64,000 nucleotides of DNA from Bacteroidota bacterium (GTDB taxonomy: Bacteria > Bacteroidota > Ignavibacteria > Kapaibacteriales > UBA961): NCBI GenBank assembly GCA_018266765.1, contig JAFDZU010000045.1, positions 6,134 through 70,133 on the forward strand, written 5' to 3'. The notes under the pieces are model-generated. The model worked only from the letters and a program-made list of their open reading frames with translations, searched no databases and was not told the DNA's origin. Every line of letters starts with the position of its first letter. Position 1 is the first letter of the stretch. Both the position numbers and the translations under genes were made by a program. Below, piece after piece: positions 1 through 8,416 of this stretch.

Positions 1-1518
1 AGTTCCAAAAGTAAGAAAACCAAAAAAGTTTTGGAGAGTTCCTGTTACTCGGATTTTATCTCCACGATGAAGAGCAACTCCCTTTGATAAAAACGATTGC
101 GCACCAACTACAAATCCGGACCATGGTTCTGGACTGTCTTGCATTGTTATCAGTGATGGATTTTGGAATCCATTACCACTTCCCGGAAAATCTTTGTTGT
201 CGGCTGTAATGGTTGCATCGAATGTTAATGAAAACCCTGATAGTTGAAGAGTGCCATTATACCCATAAATAGGAGTCTGGAAATCAGCTATTCGTGCTGC
301 ACCGTCTACAACTTTATAAAGGCTCGTACCAATTACAGGATTAGAAATCGAAACATTCTTTTGGTCAGTTGCAATAACTTTAAAGCCGACGATTGAATGA
401 TTCGGGAGTGGTGGTATGCTTCCGGTATAACCAAATTGACTTGATTTAAAAGGAGCTTCTTTAAATGTTTTACCATCAGTTGTATAAAGAAGTTTAATTC
501 CTTCGGGACGGTCGAGAGAATTATCACCTTCCACAACATCAAATCCTATTCTAACAGTATCACTTGAAGTAGGGAATAATTTGCCGCCTTTGCGCTCAAG
601 TCCTGAGATTTGAGGTGGTAAATCATCCTTTATTACATCAGCAGGAAGAGCAGGAGCAATCGAAAATATCTGGAATATTTGCATCTGACCTCCACCGCCG
701 CTACTGCCCACAAACGAATATCCTGCTACATATCCTGCAAGTTTCTTGATTTTTTGACCAAGAATAGGTGAACGGAAATTAAACTCTTGGATTTTTCCTA
801 AATAATAATTCGATTGATTATTCATATAGATTGAATTGCCCGCTTCATCCGACAAAATAAGTGTAGGGCTGGTTTCTATAACAGAAAGATTTGATAATTC
901 AACTTTCATACCGATATAACGGGAACCCGTAACATTATTTAACGAACGATTTTCTGCCCCCCCAATATAAAAATCAGTTATAGAAACAGGAATTATTTGT
1001 GGTAAAGTGTTTTTAGAGCTAATCGTTTTAACAGGTCTGCTTTCGGCATCAGTGATCACAGCAGCAGCTGTTGGAAACTGGCGATTAAAAGCCGGATTGT
1101 TGGTAATAGGATATGAACCGATACGTACTAAAACTTCAATAATATCTCCGGTTTTACTTCGTTCAAATAACGTTGATTTTACAGACGTATCTGTTTGGAT
1201 AACACTTATACCGGCATATTGTTTAAGTGTAGTATCGGTATCACGCAGATAGGCAACCCATGAGTTACCGCCAATAGTCATATTTATTCGTTGGTCGGTT
1301 GGATAATTAATAAGAGGCGAAACAGCAACAATTCCTGTAAGAAGAACAGTATCTCCGTGCATTGGAGAACGAAGTGAACCTGCACTAACAGAATCACTGT
1401 TTAATGTCATTACATCTTTCACGCTCATCTTGGGATATTCTTTAGCGGAAGATGAAATAGGTAAACAGACGGCAATTGTGGCAATAGTGCACAACAACAA
1501 CAAGGCAAAACGCTTCAT
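1..1518 (-). CDS. Secreted hypothetical protein, partial: start codon at 1516-1518 (rc ATG), 3' end lies beyond the window edge
   Basis: Reverse-strand reading frame open from 1518 to position 1. N-terminus MKRFALLLLCTIATIAVCLPISSSA is a typical signal peptide. The feature is missing from the ORF track because no stop codon lies inside the window. No recognisable catalytic motif. Confidence 0.55.
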   Translation of the reverse strand, partial: MKRFALLLLCTIATIAVCLPISSSAKEYPKMSVKDVMTLNSDSVSAGSLRSPMHGDTVLLTGIVAVSPLINYPTDQRINMTIGGNSWVAYLRDTDTTLKQYAGISVIQTDTSVKSTLFERSKTGDIIEVLVRIGSYPITNNPAFNRQFPTAAAVITDAESRPVKTISSKNTLPQIIPVSITDFYIGGAENRSLNNVTGSRYIGMKVELSNLSVIETSPTLILSDEAGNSIYMNNQSNYYLGKIQEFNFRSPILGQKIKKLAGYVAGYSFVGSSGGGGQMQIFQIFSIAPALPADVIKDDLPPQISGLERKGGKLFPTSSDTVRIGFDVVEGDNSLDRPEGIKLLYTTDGKTFKEAPFKSSQFGYTGSIPPLPNHSIVGFKVIATDQKNVSISNPVIGTSLYKVVDGAARIADFQTPIYGYNGTLQLSGFSLTFDATITADNKDFPGSGNGFQNPSLITMQDSPEPWSGFVVGAQSFLSKGVALHRGDKIRVTGTLQNFFGFLTFGT

Positions 1519-1770
1519 ATAAAATTACTCCATAATATTAATAAATATAACATCTTAAATCACGAAAATTCGCAATAAGTAAAAAGGAATACGATTATCT
1601 GCCGTTTCAGTTGCGAATTTTAACATTTATCAAAGAATTTAACATATTAAAACAAATAAACGGCTGTTTCAAAGAAAAAAGTTGGTTTTTATGCCGTAGG
1701 AGTTGCAATTTTGAATTTGAATTGAGCTAAAAAACGTACACAAATTTGAAATTTTGAGGAAATAATCGTT

Positions 1771-2928
1771 ATGCCTCGTGCACTTATTACCGGAATCACA
1801 GGACAAGACGGCTCGTATTTAGCAGAATTTCTGCTCGCAAAGGGATATGAAGTTCATGGTATAATCCGCCGCGCTTCTACATTCAATACACATAGAATAG
1901 ACCATATTTATATTGACCCTCACGAGTCTAATGCAAAGATGCTGTTGCATTATGGTGACCTTTCCGACCCGGGACTTTTAACCGAACTTATTTATAATAT
2001 TATTCCTGATGAAATTTATCATCTTGGCGCGCAAAGCCATGTTCGGGTTTCGTTTGATATGCCTGAATTTACAGGGAATATTACAGGATTAGGCACAACA
2101 CGGATACTTGACGCAATGCGAAGAAGTGGAATTAAATCAAGGTTTTACCAAGCGTCTTCATCCGAAATGTTTGGTTCTGCGCTTCCGCCGCAATCTGAAA
2201 CTACTATATTTCAGCCGCAAAGTCCGTATGCCGCCGCTAAACTTTATGCCTACTGGCTAACGGTTAATTACCGTGAAGCGTACAATCTTTACGCTTGCAA
2301 CGGCATTCTCTTTAATCATGAAAGTCCGCGTCGTGGGGAAATATTCGTTACACGAAAGATTACACGAGCAGTCAGCAATATTTTATCGGGCAAACAGCAC
2401 AAACTATTCATGGGAAATCTTGATGCCAAAAGAGATTGGGGATTTGCACCTGAGTATGTCGAAATGATGTATCTTATGCTTCAGCAAGAAACAGCTGATG
2501 ATTACGTTGTCGGAACAAGCGAAAGCTATTCAGTCAGAGAGTTTATTAATACAGCATTTCTTTATGCCGGTGTTGAAATCGAATGGTTAGGTGAAGGAAT
2601 TCAAACACAAGGAATTGTGAAAAGCACAAGCGAAAAATGGAATGACCGCCTGCAAATTGGACAAGTATTAGTAGAAATTGACCCTCGATATTTCCGCCCT
2701 ACGGAAGTTGATTATCTCAAAGCAGATATTTCAAAAGCACGACAAAAACTCGGATGGGAACCGCGAATTACTTTCGATGAACTTGTGAATGTAATGATGG
2801 ATTACGACCTGTTGCAAGTAGGAATTACTCCACCTTCCAAAGGGATAAATGCAGTAGTAGCAAAAGGTTTCGGATGGACTAACCATGAATTTGCCAACGC
2901 ACAAGCACTCAAAAATGATATTGGATAA
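1771..2928 (+). CDS. gmd: GDP-mannose 4,6-dehydratase
   Basis: N-terminal Rossmann motif [33 protein letters not shown]. Conserved SSEMFG and [10 protein letters not shown] (catalytic Tyr/Lys) signatures of GMD. 385 aa. GAGGAAA Shine-Dalgarno-like motif 8 nt upstream. Confidence 0.95.
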   Translation: MPRALITGITGQDGSYLAEFLLAKGYEVHGIIRRASTFNTHRIDHIYIDPHESNAKMLLHYGDLSDPGLLTELIYNIIPDEIYHLGAQSHVRVSFDMPEFTGNITGLGTTRILDAMRRSGIKSRFYQASSSEMFGSALPPQSETTIFQPQSPYAAAKLYAYWLTVNYREAYNLYACNGILFNHESPRRGEIFVTRKITRAVSNILSGKQHKLFMGNLDAKRDWGFAPEYVEMMYLMLQQETADDYVVGTSESYSVREFINTAFLYAGVEIEWLGEGIQTQGIVKSTSEKWNDRLQIGQVLVEIDPRYFRPTEVDYLKADISKARQKLGWEPRITFDELVNVMMDYDLLQVGITPPSKGINAVVAKGFGWTNHEFANAQALKNDIG

Positions 2929-2938
2929 TTCACAAACT

Positions 2939-4000
2939 ATGATAGATACTTCGCTCAAAATTTATGTGGCAGGACATAATGGAATGGTCGGTTCTGCAAT
3001 TCACCGAATACTTATAAGCAAAGGGTATCACAATATTGTGGTGCGTACAAGCAGTGAGCTTGACCTTCGCCGTCAAACTGATGTCGAAGCATTCTTTGAG
3101 AGTGAACGACCTGATATTGTCTATCTTTCTGCTGCAAAAGTGGGTGGAATTATAGCCAATAACACCTATAAATTCGACTTCATTTATGATAATCTTGCTA
3201 TTGCAATGAATGTCATAAAATCAGCTCATCGTTTTGGAGTAAAAAAACTGCTTAATCTCGGTTCATCATGTATTTACCCGAAGTATGCAGAGCAACCTAT
3301 GAGTGAATCTGCATTGCTGACCGGCCCGCTCGAACCCACCAATGAACCCTACGCAATTGCTAAAATAGCCGCAATAAAATTGTGCAGATATTGTAATGAG
3401 CAGTATTCCACGAATTTTCTTTCGGCTATGCCGACCAATCTTTATGGAATGAATGATAATTTTAACTTAGAAACATCGCATGTACTTCCGGCACTTATTC
3501 GTAAAATGATACTTGCCGAGGCACTGCGAACAAATAGAATGGATTGGATTATTCAGGATTGTCAAAAACGTCCGCTTGGATTTGGTATTGACCAAAAAAT
3601 TAATACAAATGATTTTAATTCCATCAAGCAAGCACTTTCATTTCATGGAATTACAGCCGATGGCGTTACGCTTTGGGGAAGCGGAAATGTTCGTCGTGAA
3701 TTCCTCCATGCTGACGATGTGGCAAATGCTTGTGTATTTCTGATGGAAAATTATAATGCAACTGATATAGGTGAATTTGTGAATATCGGTATGGGAATTG
3801 ACCTGTCAATTCGAGAACTTGCAGAAATCGTTAGAAAAACTGTGAAGTTTGAAGGTGAATTACACTTCGACTCAACAAAACCCGATGGAACTCCACGCAA
3901 ACTTCTCGACATTTCTCGCATGGAAAAACTCGGTTGGAAAGCTACGATTTCTCTTGAAAAAGGAATAGAAAACATTGTTCATAATTATCTGCAAGAATGA
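2939..4000 (+). CDS. fcl: GDP-L-fucose synthase (GDP-4-keto-6-deoxymannose 3,5-epimerase/4-reductase)
   Basis: KIYVAGHNGMVGSAIHRIL NAD(P)-binding motif, SSCIYP and YAIAKIA (SDR Tyr-x3-Lys) motifs. Sits immediately after gmd. The track ORF starts at 2885, overlapping gmd. I place the start at ATG 2939, the first in-frame ATG after the gmd stop; ATG 2915 is the alternative. Confidence 0.9.
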   Translation: MIDTSLKIYVAGHNGMVGSAIHRILISKGYHNIVVRTSSELDLRRQTDVEAFFESERPDIVYLSAAKVGGIIANNTYKFDFIYDNLAIAMNVIKSAHRFGVKKLLNLGSSCIYPKYAEQPMSESALLTGPLEPTNEPYAIAKIAAIKLCRYCNEQYSTNFLSAMPTNLYGMNDNFNLETSHVLPALIRKMILAEALRTNRMDWIIQDCQKRPLGFGIDQKINTNDFNSIKQALSFHGITADGVTLWGSGNVRREFLHADDVANACVFLMENYNATDIGEFVNIGMGIDLSIRELAEIVRKTVKFEGELHFDSTKPDGTPRKLLDISRMEKLGWKATISLEKGIENIVHNYLQE

Positions 4001-4632
4001 AATCTATCGTTATTTTGGGTGCGGGCGGGTTTGCTCGCGAGCTTCTTTGGCTCATTGAATCTCTTGGAAATTGGAAATTTCTTGGGTTTATTCGCTCGGA
4101 TAGCAGTGGCTCGCTGGAACAACTCCACGGCTACCCGAATTATCCCACAATGCAAGAATTTTTAGCAAATCATGCTTCTGGTGAACTGATATATTATGCT
4201 TTTGGTGCAGGTTCGCCGGCTGTTAAAAGGATGATGGACACCGAAGCTCGTTCGGCAGGACTTTGTATTGCTCCGCCTCTTGTGTTTCCGGCGGTACATA
4301 TTCATCGGAGTGTGAAATTAAATGATGGAGTTGTGATTTGTGCAGGAACGACGCTGACGGTAGATATTGCAGTCGGTTATGGAACTATGCTTAATCTTCA
4401 CTGCACGGTAGGGCATGATACTGTTATTGGTGATTACTGTACGATCAGTCCGGGAGTTCATATTTCCGGGAATGTGATAATTGAAAATAATGTGGAATGC
4501 GGAACAAATTCTTCTATAATTCCGAATGTAACGCTTGGTGAGGGATGTAGTATCGGTGCAGGTGCGGCGGTTGTTCGGTCAATTCCTGCCGGAGTTGTTG
4601 CCGTTGGAATTCCTGCAAAGGCGCGCGGGTGA
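3997..4632 (+). CDS. Hexapeptide-repeat sugar acetyltransferase, NeuD/PglD family
   Basis: N-terminal ILGAGGFARE nucleotide-sugar-binding fold, then left-handed beta-helix hexapeptide repeats (IGDYCTISPGVHISGNVIIENNVECGTNSSIIPNVTLGEGCSIGAGAAV). ATGA start/stop overlap with fcl. Confidence 0.8.
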   Translation: MKSIVILGAGGFARELLWLIESLGNWKFLGFIRSDSSGSLEQLHGYPNYPTMQEFLANHASGELIYYAFGAGSPAVKRMMDTEARSAGLCIAPPLVFPAVHIHRSVKLNDGVVICAGTTLTVDIAVGYGTMLNLHCTVGHDTVIGDYCTISPGVHISGNVIIENNVECGTNSSIIPNVTLGEGCSIGAGAAVVRSIPAGVVAVGIPAKARG

Positions 4633-4758
4633 TTGCTATCAACTTTCATATAATAAATGGCAAGATAAAATCTCTGTTCTAACCCCAAACTATACATTTA
4701 CAAAAAAATACTTCCGATTTAACACAACTTTCACCTTAGAACTTAAATGGTAAGTAAC

Positions 4759-4796
4759 GATAATGAGTTCGGTTGGTAACAACCGAACTCATTATC
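4759..4796. terminator. Perfect 16-bp inverted repeat with 6-nt loop between convergent genes; putative bidirectional terminator
   Basis: GATAATGAGTTCGGTT-ggtaac-AACCGAACTCATTATC. No flanking T-tract, so function is uncertain. Shares the core TCGGTTG..CAACCGA with the hairpin at 8187-8218. Confidence 0.4.
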
Positions 4797-4834
4797 AATT
4801 CACATTAAATCATCTGTTATTTCTTTGGAAGACA

Positions 4835-5887
4835 TTACTCTATAATTAACTTACCACTGCTTACAGATTCATCCTTAGCATTTCGAATTATATACAAATA
4901 CATTCCTTTTGACAATTTGGCTGTGGAAAATTGCATTTGTTGATCTGTAATCTCTTGATCAAATACCTTGTTACCAAGAATATCAATAAGTGTGAATTTT
5001 CGTGCTTCAACATTATTATTTATTATAGTAAATGAATGTGAAACCAGATTTGGAATAATAGCAGATTGCAAAACCTCTGGAGTTGGTTTCTCGATTCCAA
5101 CTGTAGATACAACAGAATAAGTTGCACTCTTAATTTGTCCGTTACTATTTAGGACGAGGGTTGCGACGGGAAAATTTTTCTTAACCCACCATTCATAGGT
5201 GGTAGTAATTGTAGTAGTCGGAGGTAAGCCTGCATACATCCAATTTCCTGCCAAAAGATAGAACATACTATCTACTTTTGTTTCTGTAGCTTTAACACGT
5301 AAAGAGTTGTACGTACCAATTGGTGTTGTTACATTTCCCCAACCATCTACCAGACTAGAATATGTGATTGTAGAGATTAAACGCGCAGAATCCGGTGGAG
5401 GTGGTGTAATCCCAAATTGCATTATTTGTTTTGTCTTTCCTGAAAATGTCGTATTAAAGGTTGCCGGAAAAGTCATTTTAGTATATGCCGGAGAATATGG
5501 TACAATCATAATATCCGGAGGCATAAACACACCGCACATACCAAGTACATCAAGTGAGGATGAGGTAATTGAAACATATTGGTATCCGTCAAAATTAGGG
5601 AAGACAACGGCATATGTAGCACTCGGAAAACTACTCGAACATCCTACACCAGCGGGACTTATGAACCTCATTGTGTCCTGAACATCTTTACCGATTGCAG
5701 ATAAATTCCATGTCTGATTAGCTCCCGGATTTCCAGGTGAGATATTGGTAAAATTACTTGTATCCTGTATCTGTACAACATTTATACCATTCAAATTAGT
5801 AAAATCATCCCTTGTAATTGTAATTTGTGCTGTAGAAGATAACACCAAGCATAGCATAATGCTACAGAGTAATAATGTAGTTTTCAT
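4835..5887 (-). CDS. Secreted protein with T9SS C-terminal sorting domain (Por_Secre_tail-like)
   Basis: Signal peptide MKTTLLLCSIMLCLVLSSTAQ. Start chosen at ATG 5887; the track ORF extends to 5977. C-terminus ...KLSKGMYLYIIRNAKDESVSSGKLIIE matches the T9SS CTD pattern. Confidence 0.7.
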   Translation of the reverse strand: MKTTLLLCSIMLCLVLSSTAQITITRDDFTNLNGINVVQIQDTSNFTNISPGNPGANQTWNLSAIGKDVQDTMRFISPAGVGCSSSFPSATYAVVFPNFDGYQYVSITSSSLDVLGMCGVFMPPDIMIVPYSPAYTKMTFPATFNTTFSGKTKQIMQFGITPPPPDSARLISTITYSSLVDGWGNVTTPIGTYNSLRVKATETKVDSMFYLLAGNWMYAGLPPTTTITTTYEWWVKKNFPVATLVLNSNGQIKSATYSVVSTVGIEKPTPEVLQSAIIPNLVSHSFTIINNNVEARKFTLIDILGNKVFDQEITDQQMQFSTAKLSKGMYLYIIRNAKDESVSSGKLIIE

Positions 5888-6368
5888 AGTAGATACCTCG
5901 TGTTTCCTACTCGTTTGGCTTTTCGGATAACGCCTCGTTTTTTTAAGTGGTGTCTGAACTCCACAAAAAATACACATTTAATACTTCTATTAGAGATACT
6001 TCATTTTCTTTGGATTAATTCCTTATAAGAAAATCTATTGTTTTAAGGCATTCAAAAATAAACAATAGGAGATGCAATAACTATGATTTTTGTCATGATT
6101 TTAAATTATATTTGAGGCGCATTAATTGAACTCTGAATCTTAAACTAAATAGTTTTCTTCTTACTGCAATTACCAGCAATATACTTTTTATGCAGTCTAC
6201 ACCTTTTCACCTTCATAGAGGTGACCAATTGGTGGAGAGTACCAACAACGCAAACCGAAGTTTAGAGCTCTACTGGGCGGAATGACAAGCGGGTTGTACT
6301 CGTTGACTGCTGTGAGTGGTGGGAAAAGAGCAATTACCATGATAACTGTTGAGGAATAATATTAATAC

Positions 6369-7121
6369 TTATGAATTGGGAGGGAAAATTCCCAACTTTA
6401 CAACTTTTCCTGTTTTGGTTTGTAGAATCACCGCAACTAACCCAAATTTATGGTTAGTGACGTACGTAATTTTATCAACAACAGGGTCTTCTTTTGTCTG
6501 CTCTACTTTTATTACTTTTATCATCAGAAAACCCATGTAATAATCGTCAGTAGTAGATTTACTGACGACGGTTCTGGTTACCTTAATACCCTCACTATCA
6601 GTATATTCGTACTTGTCACCAACATTTGCCGAGTACTTAACAATAGTATGAGGATTTGAAAATGTATCGCCGCCGGACATATACTCTTGAATACCTTCGG
6701 AGGTAACTTTCATCTTTAAATCAAATTCAAGATGCATCTTTTGTTTGTTCGATGTGTCAAGTGTTGCGCCAAACATTTTCAGATACTTGTCAATGAGTGC
6801 CGTTTTAAGTTCTTTAGGAAGTAAGTTTGTTCCTAAATAAGAATCTAATGCAGATATAAAGACAGTATCAAACCCTGATCGAACATGAATAGTAACATTA
6901 CCCTTATCATTTTTTGTTGTGATGGCTGTATCTTTCAAGTGATCAAATCCGGGAACCCACACATCAGGATATAAATTTGCTACAAATTCACCACCGACTT
7001 TTGTGAGATCGAGATTTGTATCACCACCAATTTCATTCGGACCAAGAGCAGATTCACAGGCAAAAAATACAAAGATTCCACTCACAAGTAGAGTGGCAAG
7101 TATGCTTCTAAAAGCTTTCAT
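6369..7121 (-). CDS. Hypothetical lipoprotein
   Basis: Signal peptide followed by a lipobox-like FFAC. 250 aa, no recognisable domain. Confidence 0.55.
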   Translation of the reverse strand: MKAFRSILATLLVSGIFVFFACESALGPNEIGGDTNLDLTKVGGEFVANLYPDVWVPGFDHLKDTAITTKNDKGNVTIHVRSGFDTVFISALDSYLGTNLLPKELKTALIDKYLKMFGATLDTSNKQKMHLEFDLKMKVTSEGIQEYMSGGDTFSNPHTIVKYSANVGDKYEYTDSEGIKVTRTVVSKSTTDDYYMGFLMIKVIKVEQTKEDPVVDKITYVTNHKFGLVAVILQTKTGKVVKLGIFPPNS

Positions 7122-7489
7122 AATATTCTCCTAATAATTAATACAAAATAGTTCAACAACCAACACATTAAAAATACAAAGTTTGCTACTGAAAAACTAT
7201 GATATAACTCATGTTTTTAAGTGATATTTGCCATTGTTTTTGTGCGTCTATATTCACGTCAGGGCGGTTATCATAACCGCCTTTCAACAATACTCCAAAT
7301 AAAAATGTAAGTTCCGAACTAGCATTAGATATTCCGAGAAAATTAGCAAATACGTCCGAAGCCGGTAAAGCGATTTCTCTCAAGGGTGGTAGCTTTTGGT
7401 ATTCAGGTTCTTCTACACAGCATGATTCATTAAGGGCTTTATTACTTTGTCAGCAAGCGTATCTTTTCGGTAATTCAGCACATACATTT

Positions 7490-8160
7490 ATGAAAGCTTC
7501 TCAAATAGGTGCAGGTGCAATTGCCAATACATATTTTCATGGAAAAACAGAAACCCAAGTTAAAGAAGCGATAATGTCTTACACTACTCTCAATGGATTA
7601 ACGAGAGAAAAACTCGCAGATATTGCTGTTACAACTCACGGGGATCAAGGGAATTTTGAATTTGCCACCCGAGTAAGATCGGACGATTCTCTCGGCGCAA
7701 ACCCTATTTGTTTTAATGCTGTTCGATTGTGGTTGTTTAAAGCTGGCTTTGTATCATTAAAATGGTTAGCTTCCGAAGGATATGGTTTAAATGCCAATAT
7801 TTTTGTAATCAAATACTTGGGGACGGTGATATCATTACTGCAGAACAGCTTCCTAGAATGCCGAAAGGGTATATGTTTAATTTCCATGCAAGAAAATCTC
7901 CTTCAACATGTCATTGGGGTATCTCTTTAGGGGATGGCTATGTAGCAGGTTCCAATACTACTGCTGAAGAAAATAATGGGCAAACACGGGTTACATTTAG
8001 AAGTGGCAATTCAGATTATGGAATTTTTTCATTAATAAGCTCGTATGAAGTGTGTCGATATAAATATAAAATGTTGGTAAGTGGTACTATGGAAGACATT
8101 GGCGATGTTGTAATTCGACAAATTGACCCTATGGAAGTAAGAACGTTTTTTTTAGTTTAG
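7490..8160 (+). pseudogene. Frameshifted gene for a cytoplasmic hypothetical protein, ORF 7490-7930 plus ORF 7762-8160. Cys/His-containing motifs are suggestive only; one possibility is a papain-like hydrolase.
   Basis: Two ORFs in different frames are both open across a 168-nt overlap; the shift needed is -1, for example at the T5 run near 7800. The N-terminal part contains GANPICFNAVRLW and the C-terminal part CHWGISLGDGYVAG. No signal peptide. Confidence 0.5.
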
Positions 8161-8186
8161 GTAAATGAGGTTGGTATAATTTCTGT

Positions 8187-8218
8187 AAGGTCGGTTGTTG
8201 ATACAACCGACCTTTTTC
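8187..8218 (+). terminator. Rho-independent terminator
   Basis: AAGGTCGGTTG-ttgata-CAACCGACCTT stem-loop followed by TTTT, directly after the stop at 8160. Confidence 0.65.
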
Positions 8219-8416
8219 GTACTATCATATTTGGTGAATGATTTAAGTGAGTACTAAAAAACAAATTTGCTCAAAATGTTTAAAAAATTGTGTAACAACT
8301 ACCGTGAAAGTCAAAAATTTTAGATTAAAAAAACTCTCTAACCTTGAAATTTATAAATGTCTTAAAAGAAAAATAATACAACTACACTCCAAAAGACCGA
8401 AGTTGTACTTTAAAAA

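Noticed and set aside
2273-3743. Alternative-frame ORFs inside gmd and fcl (2273-2467, 2731-2958, 3513-3743, 3751-3975)
   Set aside because: They are embedded in or antisense to strongly supported enzyme genes, with no independent signals.
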